From: Neoechinorhynchus agilis
Lineage: Eukaryota > Animalia > Acanthocephala
Length of the DNA stretch: 64,000 bases
Direction of reading: 5' to 3'
Assembly (NCBI GenBank): GCA_051530055.1
Contig: JBMGUZ010000005.1
Location: 62,001-126,000, forward strand
Positions 32,900 to 44,749 of this stretch are shown here, piece after piece. Under the pieces are notes generated by a model. It saw nothing but the letters and a program-made list of their open reading frames with translations. It did no database searches and was not told the origin of the DNA. How positions within the stretch are numbered: position 1 is the stretch's first letter; each line of letters begins with the position of its first letter. The position numbers were made by a program, and so were the translations under genes.

Positions 32900-33835
32900 A
32901 GAGATAATTGAAATTAAGATTTTTATTGGATATTTCGATCCACTATCTCGGATCTTCTTCAGCGATCTAAAACACAGGGATTCTCAATTCACGCGTCACA
33001 TAACATCCGGTGGGAGTCGCATCCTTAATTTGAAATCAGATTTATTGCCCTCGAACGTTTCGAACCTATTTATATATAAGGATTCGATGATAATTCGATC
33101 GAAACGACAATCGTTGCAAACTAGTGTTGTAGCGGCACTAAAATCAATAGTGTGCCCTCTGTTTTTTGCATGGGCCACCACTGCGGAACTAATATCCGTC
33201 TTGCGAACAACTGATGATTCGTGCTCCTTCATCCGTCGGGTGAAATTGTTGGTCTGCCCCACATAGACCTGTTCGCAACCGGAGCACGGGATTTTGTAGG
33301 CCGCACCAGATGACTGTTGGCCATTCTTGGGACATATCAATCCGTGTAGATTGCGTTCCACTCTCCTGGCCTCACATCCTGATTTTATGATGCGCTCCAT
33401 AGCAAGATACGAATGATCATCAGGGAATGGCAGTTCAACGTAGATCTCTTCCTTTTTAGACTTTTCTCCCCATTGAAGGTTCGACAAGATGGAGAGAATA
33501 ACCATATCGGCCTGATATGTACTTTAGGTAACCAATCTCCTCGTTGCACAACTTGGCGTTGCTACAATGTGTAAGAGCACGGTGGATGAGTGACCTAATC
33601 CTCGAAATTTTTTGTATTTGCGAGGTTGGGCTGATGTCCATGGCACAAGGGCCACTGGTATACCTCTCTTTCGGTACACGCTGGTCGTGTAGTTTCCACT
33701 GGCTAATCGGTATATCCACACATCCAGGAACGGAAACTTACCATGGTCCTCCTCCTCGATCGTCCACTGAATATTGTCGTCCCTTCCATTCAGTTCATGT
33801 TTAAGGCGATTCATATTAGTCTCTGAAAAAATAAC
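32900..33835 (-). mobile_element. Penelope-like element 2, 5'-truncated (RT thumb plus GIY-YIG)
   Basis: IQWTIEEEDHGKFPFLDV..VYRK, IRSLIHRALTHCS and AAYKIPCSGCEQVYVGQT..RMKEH..IIESLYI. Confidence 0.9.
32925..32966 (-). ncRNA. Minimal type I hammerhead ribozyme in the PLE2 3' end
   Basis: AUCG-CUGAAGA-A-GAUCC-GAGAUAGU-GGAUC-GAAA-UA-UC-CAAU. The core is intact, helix II is 5 bp, helix III is palindromic (AUAU) and the cleavage triplet is AUC. It lies ~30 nt after the GIY-YIG stop and just before AATAAA. Confidence 0.7.
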
Positions 33836-34340
33836 TGTCGACACAAAGGTGAGGGTTTATTGTTACTCTGAAATCTCCACAAATGCGTATTCTGCCGTTT
33901 GATTTGCGGGTGATGACAAGAGGTGCTGCCCAATCAATCGTGTCTTTATTGAAATCAACTTTCTCTGATACCTTATTGTCCACTTGCCGCTGCAGCTCCT
34001 GCTCGACTTGATCCCTCATAGTTAGTGGAATTCGACGGCTATTCCAACATTTTGGTATTGCCCCCCCGGAATTAATCTCAATGATACTTCAATGTTTCAC
34101 GCCGGAGATATCGTCTTTTCGAATACCTTCTGATGCGCATCCCAGATTTCCTTTAGTCATCCGCATTTTTGCTAGTGATTGCTAAGATATCTATGCGAAC
34201 ATTATGATAACGCACACAATCGGGCCAGGGTATCTGGAAGGCGTCTACCCATGGCCGTCCGAAAAGACTATGACTACCCTTTTCGACTATCCTCGCTTCC
34301 AATAGTTTGCATTCTCCGTAGAACTTAACCGTAACCATGT
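33836..34340 (-). mobile_element. Ty3/Gypsy fragment (protease C-terminus to RT N-terminus)
   Basis: SLFGRPWVDAF and DWAAPLVITRKSNGRIRICGDFRVTINP, related to the 39.5-39.9 kb element. Confidence 0.85.
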
Positions 34341-34344
34341 ATCC

Positions 34345-34832
34345 AAGCTGTCCGAAAACTTCTGGAGCCATTTATTCTGCAGTTCCACAAATAGTCATCA
34401 TATTCCCGCTTTGAACATTTAGCGAATCCGAAGTCGGTTACTTTTACTTAGCCGTTACCTTGGACTAAAATATTCTCAGGCTTGATATCCCTGTGAGCAA
34501 CCTTAATCTGATGTAAATAATCAAAAACGAGGACAATTTGAGCTACGCGAATGTTCATACAAATCTCCGGTTTGTATTAAATTCATCACAATGTACAAAT
34601 TGCCGTTATACTTATACGATCCCTAGAAATCCACAAAATTTTAAAGAAATATATTACTCGGCATTGCCTTTTCGTTAACTGTTCGCTTTGTTTGTCTAGT
34701 TTGGAAGAGATGGAGTTTTTCAAAAATATTTACGACAAAATGATCGTGATTTTTGGTAGTAGCAACAACTTGACCAAGGCAGAAATTAAGAGATGTGAGA
34801 TACATCAAAGTTGAAGATTTCAGTATCTTCAT
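34345..34832 (-). pseudogene. Second PKA-like kinase pseudogene copy, cut by the Gypsy fragment
   Basis: Nucleotide paralogue of 27385-27830. It reads LGQVV..HDHFVVNIFEK, VTDFGFAK and TICGTAE*MAPEVFGQLGY. Confidence 0.8.
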
Positions 34833-35364
34833 TATCCCCTGGTACAGTCAAATTCGGTTTATATTTTTTGCTTCGTTAATTGTATTAATTTTCGTTCTCA
34901 ACCATTGACCTCGAGCTTATGATTTACTGATGGCAAAGTATAGATTTCGCCCAGCACTCCGAGAACGAGAGAACCATCTTTGTCTTCGATTTCACCCGTT
35001 TTGTCGAGCTTTCAGTATGAAATGCTGAGAAATGTAAGTTTCTTCAGTTTTGAAAGAAGATGAATCATCGCGGCATTAAACTTTTGCTGCCATGATGGAG
35101 GCAGATCCCTTCTCAATTTGTAGATTCGATTCGGTCAATATATTGTTTCTGTGCAGTCGTTCGTAACTTCCAAATTGAATACATTTTATCGAACAAAGTT
35201 TAAGGCATCGCTCTCGGCATTCATTTAAGCGTTCTAAACAGTTCGATTTCTCAATCATTCGGATTCCCCACATTTGCCTGTAGTTTTTGGGCAAACAAGA
35301 CGTTTATGGTTTTCTGCGTTAATTAGGTAATTGACAATCACGTTGCTTGCATGATCATTTATTG

Positions 35365-35659
35365 TTATAACCTCGCCGTAGAGGTGCTCAAAAATTTGCA
35401 GATTTTGTAAACTTTCACATTTATGAATAAATTACTTCGAATTTTCGTATTGCGTTTAAGTGATCGCAAAAAATCTCTTAATCCAATTGATTTAGCGAAG
35501 GCGTTGTGCACGAGACAATGAGTATCGTCCTTGATATTGAATGACTCCTCCTCACTATAAATAGCCATACAAAACTTAAGGTTTGGCACAAAGAACTTAC
35601 CCCAACACTGCGATTTCAAGCAAACAAAATTTTGCGATAATTTCCATCGACATGAACAT
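35365..35659 (-). other. Possible short two-exon ORF with a 46-nt intron
   Basis: GTAAGT...TTATAG intron at 35555-35600. Splicing gives 83 codons including the stop (MFMSMEIIAKFCLLEIAVLG/EEESF...). No family recognised. Confidence 0.2.
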
Positions 35660-37789
35660 CCTTCATCAAGGCCTCCATCACTGTTAATCTTTTTAGGAGA
35701 TTGACTCTGCTTATATGCGTCAGTCCCATGTTTTTCTGGCTTTCCATACATTTTGCAAGGCAATTAATTTCTCGGGTTCCTACTGTCCTCATAGATAACC
35801 TTATTAAACTATTTCCTAGCGAATGTACTAACTCGTGAAAAGGTAGGGATCACTCGCTTAGATTTTCAATCATTTTTAATTCGGGTCCGGAGCAAATTAA
35901 ATATTTTGTATCCAAAGTACATTGAGATTTAGTGTTACTACCGGAAACATTTTTGGCAAATTGTCAAGTCGTAGTCGTCCTGGGATTCACGGTACCACGT
36001 AAATGTTACCGAATGCTAAAAAAAATCGCCGTCCTGATCAACAAGTTAGTATCTCAACATAAATATGGAATTGCATTGGCCGTGAACGTATTATTACGGC
36101 GCAAATATTTTATTGTTTTCATGCCTAATTCAGATTCAATGAAATGAAGGTGCTCCACTCCCAAGTCTTGTGAAGGGTTCGGCATTAAAAATGTGACCTT
36201 TCGTGATAACGTCAGAGTAGGAGATCATTTAATCTTGAAGCATTTTGAGAAAATGGGTAAAAAGGTACCCACAGCTTCCTTTTTGGATTTTTATATTGTA
36301 TTATTCTCCTTACGAGTGGTCCTTTTAAAAATTAAACTAAACATTCGGCATAAAAGATGCACTTACACTCAAACTTTCACTGCCGCACTGGAACGAGCAA
36401 TAAAGCTCATTTACTTTGTTAAACCTTCATTTATATTGGATTTGAAGGTCTAGAATTCTCATTCGTAGTTTTTCCGAAAATTAATGCGCCTTTCGCATGT
36501 TTCAAACACTCGTTGGTTATTGTAAAAATAGGCAAAAACCCGAGGATGGAATCCATCGTCATTATGATGAAGCTCAATCTCGTGAGTGTGTTAAACTTCC
36601 GGTTATTGAGCAGGTAAGCAATATCGATCCTTTCATAATTCCGGGAGTACCACCGGGAATAACAGGCTGTTCACCGCCCTTCTCGTCCGTGCTTCTGTAA
36701 TTACTCCTAATCACCCGCTTACTTTCGAATATGTCCTTCCAAACAACCACAATCTATTTGTAAATTCACTTTCTAACTTTCGAATAATAAAGGATTCCTT
36801 CTCTACAAGTAAGGAAGTCTCAAACATCCCTTCATCTCCTATGATTAAAGTAACATTCATTCCCCCGAATATAGCCTGGGATAAGGCAGCACTCGACATT
36901 GTAAATAACAACTCACTAAGCTCTCTGCCGCATAAAAATGTGGACTCCCTTTTAACGAAAACATAGTCCCAAAAGATGCAATTGATATTCTTAGCGTAAC
37001 CACTCAAGAAGGCTCTGATCCAGCCTCGTCAAAATGGCATCTCTCCCCACACTCAACATTCGACGAATCTCTTTTGATAAAAAAAGAGTAAACCTTCATA
37101 AAAATGAATAATTTCCCAACCAATAGTAATCTAGATTTTTCATTTGTCACTTACAATGCATTTCGTCCCAATCGCTCCCCAGACTCCTTTTGCCCTTTTT
37201 CGCATTCTCAAATCCTGATCATTTATTTTTTCAAGAGACTGGGTCATGTTTACTAGTTAATACAAGTAAATATGATTCCTTGCTCTTAAATTTTAGTTCA
37301 TCACCCAATGGAAACCGCTTGGATTTCTCAAGAGGGTTACAATCCGTTCTAGGCAAAAATCGTGAGGTTAAATTACTCTTTCAAACAAAAACTCCAAAAT
37401 TTGCCAACTTCTCCAATTCGCTTACATTAACCCACGCAAGGTCTCTTTTTTATTAAAACCCAGATGATAACCCCCTTTTTGGGACACGGATATAATTATT
37501 GCAGACTTTAATAGCAAATATCTCAGGACTTTTTAACAACCATTTTCTACACCAACCAAAATTCCCATCCTTTCATAATTATACTTACTATTTAGACGGA
37601 TTTTTCCTAAAGAAAGTTTTACCCATGATCTGTTTCTCATATAATGGTATAAAGATCAGGGATAAAATCAATTTAAACGGAACATATATTAATCTCTTCA
37701 TCTATCTCATATCAAAAACTCGGTCATCATCTTCGAAGGTCTCCTGAGAAGTTTTCAATAAAATATTAATTGACGCCTCTTCTAGTCAT

Positions 37790-40700
37790 CTCATCACAAA
37801 ATCTTTTATACCAAGGAAGTTTGCGTCAAAGCAAGCCAATATGTTCTGTAGATCAGCGGCTGTGGCCGATCTGAATAACGAACACAGGTTGCGCCGGAGC
37901 TTACCGATGAGGATTTTACTATCATTTCCGATGAATACAGTTTCCAGCCAATTATATATTTTGCTCTTTATACTCTTTGAATATCGATTCGGACCACACA
38001 CATATAGATAGCGTGTGCTAGTTGGAAGACGGACTTCGAATAATAAACAAGTTGTTGTTGTATGGCTACCACAACTGGCGACGAGAGTGGTTTATTAAGA
38101 ACAAACCACAACTGGCGACGAGAGTGGTTTATTAAGAACAATTCTCCAATAACAGCAACAATTATTAGAACAGTTGCTTCCGGACGTAAGCAAGTTTGAG
38201 CTACGCCTTAAGCTTGAGTATACGCTGTAAGAATATAGTCAATCTAAAGTAAGCAGTATCCTAACCAATTTAAGCAACTTGTCCACTCTACTTAATGATA
38301 ATGTAATTTATATCATGTAAGTGAATAGAACTGAATATTGTAAAATATGGTCAAATAAATGAGTCTCTAGCCAATTCGAACACGACTGCCAGGAAGGATA
38401 ATGTGCGAGCAACGGGATTCCGGCGCTTTCTTGAGGAAAAAGAAAGCCGGCGAAGCTACAAACAACAAATCGGGTTCCACTTTGCTGCTCAAAATGTCAC
38501 CGATCGACTAATGATGAGAAACATGTTCCTATCATGGATTGGGCCCTCGGCATACCAACTACTGTCAAGTCTAAATACGGGAAAAGATGTCAACAATTAT
38601 GATTACCATGAATTAATAGAATTGCTGGATACCCATCACTCACGCCCAATCCATATCGTCGCTGCGCGTTTCGCATTTAGTCAATACGAAATGAAAAATG
38701 GTCAATCTTATGCATCATGGATTGTAGACCTACGAGAAGAAGCTGGATTGTGTCAATTTTTCAATAAATCCATCAATTCGGAAAAAGATGCGATCGATGA
38801 CCGGATCAGAGACCAGATAGCGATTGGAACGCCACACGATGAGGTGAGGAACAAAATTTTGCAAATGGCAGCACCTTCTTTGAGCGGCGTGATGAAGATT
38901 TGTGAAACGTTTGAAATGATAAAGAATACGTCGTGGAGGAAGCAGTATGTAGGTCAAGAACTTCCGAATGATTCGTACACAGCAAAATATATGCAAGACG
39001 GAAAGTTTTTTGAAATTGACATGATTCGAAAACGGCATAATACACGTGATCAGAGGGAGAAAAGACCTAAACAACGCTGTAAAAGATGTGGAATAGAGCA
39101 CGAAATATCAGTGTCCAGCAAAGAACAAGAGTTGTTTCAAACGCTAAAGGACGGGTCATTTCAGATCGTGTTGCCGATCAAGGTACCCAGTAGATCAAAT
39201 TGAAGAACTAAATACGATAATGGATGTAAACCACACAACGATAGTGGAGAATCAGATTCCAAGAATAAATGTCCAAATAAATGGGATACAAATAACGATG
39301 GAGTATGATACTGGTGCCAGTGTATCGGTGTTGACTATGACATATTGGCGTAGAATAGGCCAGCCAACTTTGAATGCTGCCAAACCCCTCAAGGCGTATG
39401 GTGGCAAACGGTTAGTAACCCTGGGAAAATGCAATATCAATGCGAGTTTGGGAGAAAGACAAAAGCAGTTAGAAGTCATGGTGGTACGAAACGGGAAGTA
39501 TAGTCTATTTGGGCGTCCTTGGATAGACGTTTTCGAAGTTCCTTGGCCTGATGTCGTATGCCACAGGCTTGATAGCCAGCAAACAGAATCAGATATCGAT
39601 TCGGTCGTTACCTCAATCGATCAGCTACTATTGAAGAATAAGTCGATTTTCGATGAATCGAATACTCCTGTCAATAATACCGAAATATCACTAGCAATAG
39701 CACCCAATGCCACACCGAGAAGATGTGCAAGTCGAAGAATTCCACTGACATTGAAGAACAAAGTAGAAAACGAGTTGATAAGGCAGTTAGAATGAGATGT
39801 GCTGGAGAAAGTGGATCTACGTAAAGACTCTATCGATTGGGCTGCGCCGATTGTGATTGCAAGGAAACCAGTGGTGATATCAGGATATGCGGAGACTTTA
39901 GAGTAACAATTAATCCACATCTAACAATCGATAACTACGCCATTCCTACATGGGAAGAGATCGTCAACCAAATAGCGGGAGGTGAGTAGTATTCAAGGCT
40001 CGATTTGAAAGATGCTTATCTACAACTACCTGCCAACGCGGACTCTAGGAAATACTTGACAATCTCGACCCATCGAGGATTTTTCCGATACAAACGACTG
40101 CCATTTGGAATCAGCTCAGCTCCGGCAGTTTTTCAACTTAGTGAGTGGTTGGCCCCTCCGGAACTACATAAATATTCGTCTCGCAGACAAGAGCTTTCAG
40201 TAGAGGACGGAGTCATCCTATGGTTGCAACGCCTTATAATCGCCCAGGCATTGAGGAATAAAGCACTTGATGTCTTACATACTGGACACCCCGGGATAAC
40301 AACAATGAAAGACCTAGCAAGGTATTATTGTTGGTGGCCATCCGTACGAGAGGACATCGAGCACAAGTTGGGAACGTGCGTGAACTGGCAGAGCAGGAGA
40401 GCAGATGCAGCAGAAACTCCGATGTACCAATGGGATGTGCCAGAGGAACCGTGGACCCAAATCCATTTGGATTTTGCGGGATCAATCAATGGACAATCGT
40501 TTCTAGTGCTTATAGACACGTATAGCCACTGGCCGGAGATTTTTCCAATACACTCAACATCTGCATTCGAAACCATCGACAAATTAAGATCCGTTTTTGC
40601 ACGATTCGGTGTCCCAGCCGAAATCATATCTGACAATGGCCCACCCTTTCAGTCCGCGCAATTTAAACAGCTTTGTTCAACAAATCGGATAAGGCATATC

Positions 40701-40943
40701 CGTTCATCTCCCTACCATCCTCAAACCAACGGTTTGGTAGAGAGATTCATCAGAACCTTCAAGAGACGAGTACACATCAAAAACGACTGGTATAAAAATA
40801 TGCTCTCAATTCACCAATTTCTTTTAACTTACCGGAATACACCACACAAAACTAGCCAAAAAGCACCAGCTGAGACATTACTTGGACGGCGGTTGAAGAC
40901 CGTATTTGATCGTATACGTCCGAATTTACGATCGACTATAAGC
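37790..40943 (+). mobile_element. Ty3/Gypsy LTR retrotransposon, internally deleted and 3'-truncated
   Basis: An LTR-like end (AATAAA, then ...CA at ~38074) precedes PBS TGGCGACGAG. Gag at 38403-39203; protease YDTGAS; RT DWAAP..CGDF..SRLDLKDAYLQ..RLPFG; then a jump straight to integrase (HTGHPG..YCWWP..IHLDFAG..SDNGPPF..SPYHPQTNGLVERF). RNase H and the 3' LTR are absent. The LTR start is uncertain. Confidence 0.9.
38068..38141 (+). repeat. 37-bp tandem duplication containing the primer-binding site
   Basis: ACCACAACTGGCGACGAGAGTGGTTTATTAAGAACAA occurs twice. TGGCGACGAG is complementary to the 3' end of metazoan tRNA-Ser(GCT) as recalled. Confidence 0.85.
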
Positions 40944-42925
40944 TTTTAGACATATTAGAATATTTCACAACGGAACACCAAAGCTTGAAAGGCTGTTTCT
41001 ACGATCGTTGGACAGCATTTTATTAAAAACGATAAAGACTTCTTATTCGAAGAATGAAATGATGGATGAGCAATAGAAAGCTCAGGAAAATATTATTGCT
41101 ACCATCAAAATTCGAATTCGGTGCCCTAAAGTGTTGAATGGAGGCTTCGAGCATCTTCGTATCCGAATTTTATGGCAATACTTTAAGTGATTTAATGATC
41201 AAGAATTACCAAACGATCCGGTCATCTTTAAAAAATAATTTATATGAAACATTTTTCTTACAAAATGTAAATAGTTTTTATTCGACGTTTTTTAGGTTGA
41301 CTATGGTATAAAATATTGAAAATATTACAATATTGTTTGTGTAACTTTAAAAGACTGTAAAAATTATACGATCACAATTATAGTTGCAAATGATTAAAAG
41401 GTATCAAATGATAAATTAAGATGTAGAACAAAGTAATTCTAATTTACAGCTTTGTCGTGCTTTGAGAACGGCGTTACCTCTGCATAACAAAACGTGCCGG
41501 AAGGTCAAGTAATTCAAAAATTAAATTTTTGTAGAACCGATGGAAAATCTTGTGTCCCCTTATCAAAGATATTGCAATTATTTTTTTTTGAAGTTTGGTC
41601 AGCCGGTAACTTTTATTCAGTTTCTATGTTGGGCCTTTTTACGGTTTATATCGGTGGGCTGCGCGCCCAAGGAAAATTATCAGTCGTGAAAAGGGCTACA
41701 CATAGATATTTTATTTTATATTTGAGCCCTGATTTTGATCACGACTGTTTAAAACGAAACTCAAATCAACAGATGAATTAATTTACTTTTTAAAATATTT
41801 TCAATTTTCCATGGTATTTATCATAAGCACTTACTTTGAATAACTACAGTCGTAGAGATCAATAAATCGTTGTTTTACAATCTTGTTTTACTTTAATCGA
41901 TTAGAAAATAGTTTTACGCAACCAATTTAATTTGACAAAATAGAATTTCCAAATCTGACGTTTGATTTGAAGAATGCTTGCCTTCATTGGATCTTATATG
42001 AAGCAGAATTGCAGATAAATATAAATCCATATTGCATCTTTGTTCAGGGAATAAACCGACTGATCGCTCAAAACGGTTATGGGTATCGGGAAATCGAGAA
42101 GTTTCAACGACCAACAGAATCAGCTGGTGGAAGTTCGAGAAAGAGGGAAATGAATAGTGATGCCTTAACGGTCCTCAGGATCCCGTTCGTTAGAGCAAAA
42201 TCCAAGAGTGGCATCAGGAGGCTCAAAAAGAGACAGGTTTTGAGATTCGATCAGCTCACAGGAGCCCTCCGGTATTACTCCGTATTCTAACAAGGAATAC
42301 GGACAACTCAAAAAGCATCCGGCAAGCAATGTCCAAGGACGATTGACGCCAAAAATGCCACTTTGCACGAGGAGTAATGCCAACTATTAGACTAAATGTG
42401 TTCAGTGCGCACAAGAACAGATTCGAGTCGTCTACATTGGGAAGATGGACGTATTTGTGAACAGTTTCGTAATGCTTTACCTAAAGAATGCCACTTCCTT
42501 TTCAGTTGGTTTCGCTGCTCAGTACCTTCAAGATGCATTAACCCGCTTGGTCGATCGACAGTGAGAGTGAGGGCTCAAATTCTAGATCAGATATCCATGG
42601 GACACGATCTTATTTTATTTGAATTTGGACAGTTCGATTTAAAGACTAAAGTGGTTTTCAATGACAAGACTATCATTAATTTCAAACCATCAAATAAAAT
42701 CTAATCTGTATAAAATTAACTGAAATGAATAATATTATGTCCAAGGCCCCCAATGATAACTTGGTCACCTTTTCATGTCTAAGGAAACAGAGACCCTCCA
42801 AATTAACAAATTTTCGTATGAGGTTATCAATAATCAGTGAATTGCAAGGAAACATGACCTTAAGTAAATTTTAAAAAGCAGAATTTTACAAATATCTTGC
42901 AAATGAAAATCTAGAAAGAGATGTC
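40940..42925 (+). repeat. Block A tail, block C and block B (recombined duplicon)
   Basis: Matches 24220-25260, then 20380-21190. It lacks the CRE family 2 insertion seen after block C elsewhere. Confidence 0.85.
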
Positions 42926-44230
42926 GACAAAGATGGGTGGGTTCCAAGATGTTGGGTTAATTCGTCGTTCTCAACCCCCAAGAAATTACGCTATTGATCT
43001 CAGAATGGCGTGAGAACCTTCCTCCTGACTATTGGCAAACGAAACCGTGTCGCCCGAAAGCATCAACCAAAGACCCACATCGAAAGCGATGGGGCGTGCA
43101 TATGGGGACACCAAGTCTTAAGGAAACTGCGATCCTCGTTACCTCATCAGTGAGAAGAGTTCCCATGGATGCCAGAGGAACAGCCTCCAAACACGCCCCC
43201 GATTTTCGTGTCGAAATTGCCGACAATCTAGCCCGGACGACCCCATCGCGAAAACCTGAAAGTAGAGAGCTGTGAGTTCTCGCGGCGAAAGGCCTTTCCC
43301 AGATCAACTGTCTGAGGCCATTTACGGGAACATTGTTAGTTCCTGCATGCTGGTACTATTCTTCAACTGCCACCACAAATTCTTGGTCAAGACAAAACTT
43401 TTCCCTTAGAATTTTCTTCGCCAAGAAAGGCATGACACAGGCAATGAAGATTGTCGCCACGCCTCATCTGAGAGCTGTACATTTAAAATACGCTAGAGAC
43501 AAGCCCTCACCTTGTCGTCGAGCTCGGCCAATCCTTCTTTATGTTTGAAGATTGTTGCCAATAACAATTTCGGGGTAAAGAGTGCGTTCAATATCAGAAA
43601 TAATGCTTCGTGAGCCGAGAGAGCGCTGACCCTATCGCACAGCAACGAAAGTTTCGGTATGATGCGGCTGATCTCAGCTTCCACATTTGAATCAAAGACG
43701 CAACTACCCAGGAGGCTGAGTTGCTCTGGAGTCTGAGCTCTATGTCCATTCTCGAGGACGAAACCCTTGCTTCGTTGGTCCTTTACGAACCTCGCGAAAT
43801 TTCATTTCGAAATTGTGAAATATCTTTTCGAAGGAGTCAAAGACACTTCAGAATCATCACTGGTGCAAAGAACTGAGCGCGGGAATGCGAAGAGCCGTGT
43901 CCATGATGGCGCACAGTTATTTTGGAGGCAATCGTTAAGGAATCCCGTAAATGTAATGGCGACCTGATGTCGTGCGCCCCTTGGGATCCATTTCAGGACG
44001 TTCCTGAGCAGAACCCGCACTATATCAGATATCTAAATAGAGTCAGTTGTGATCTGAGAGGTCCCAGGGATTGTGGTGGAGAACCAGACCCGCCACAGCG
44101 GAGATCCCGGGGACCATGAACAAACAAAACCCTAAAATATGTTAATTTAAAGACTTATCGCAAACCGGGCACACACCAATAGAGACGCGTATGAGCTCGG
44201 CAGCGTTGGTCTTCTCGGGTACGTTGACCT
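42925..44230 (-). mobile_element. CRE-clade family 1 copy with the RT core deleted
   Basis: The N-terminal VLKWIPRGARHQVA region joins the post-RT region at ~43760. The 3' truncation junction is the same as at 21190 and 52020. Confidence 0.8.
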
Positions 44231-44697
44231 TGTCGAGTACATTCGTGGCTTTCAAACATATTGATGAGCCGTTATCGAAAATCTTATCCCTTGATCTCCA
44301 CCATTGAACAATATCAGAGGCTTAAAGATCATGGCGTCTTGGTTTGACAGGCAAGGAAACTGTTTATAATGCTGGTAAGCATTCTTCAGAATGAAAGTCA
44401 CAAAGAGTTTTGACCACGTTGTTGAGGCCCGAGGTTTTAATCCACGATATAGCTGCTTGCTGCGAAGGTACGAATTTTTTCTTGGAGACAACGCGATACC
44501 ATTGAGAAGAGTATGGAAGGAGTGATTTGATCCTACCTTTATCCTTGTTCAGTTGGAAACGAGCTCTACAAGGCCAGTGTAATGCTGACCAGAATTTAAT
44601 TCCTCCCGTAAAGGGAAAGAGCACGCGGGGTTTCATCGAAGCAAATAATTTGCCTAACTATAGTTAGGAGTCTACACCCGGTAAATGAGTATTTATT

Positions 44698-44735
44698 AAA
44701 GACGTTTCGAAGCTCGTCGGGTTCATCATCAGTTT
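44698..44735 (-). ncRNA. Minimal type I hammerhead ribozyme motif
   Basis: AAA-CUGAUGA-U-GAA-CCCGACGAGC-UUC-GAAA-C-GUC-UUU. The core is intact, with a GUC triplet, palindromic ACGU helix III and 3-bp helices I and II, followed by AATAAA. Confidence 0.6.
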
Positions 44736-44749
44736 GTTAGTAATAGACG

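Noticed and set aside
35800-37790. Highly decayed LINE (gag- and endonuclease-like hints)
   Set aside because: Only vague resemblances; no diagnostic motif could be read in frame.
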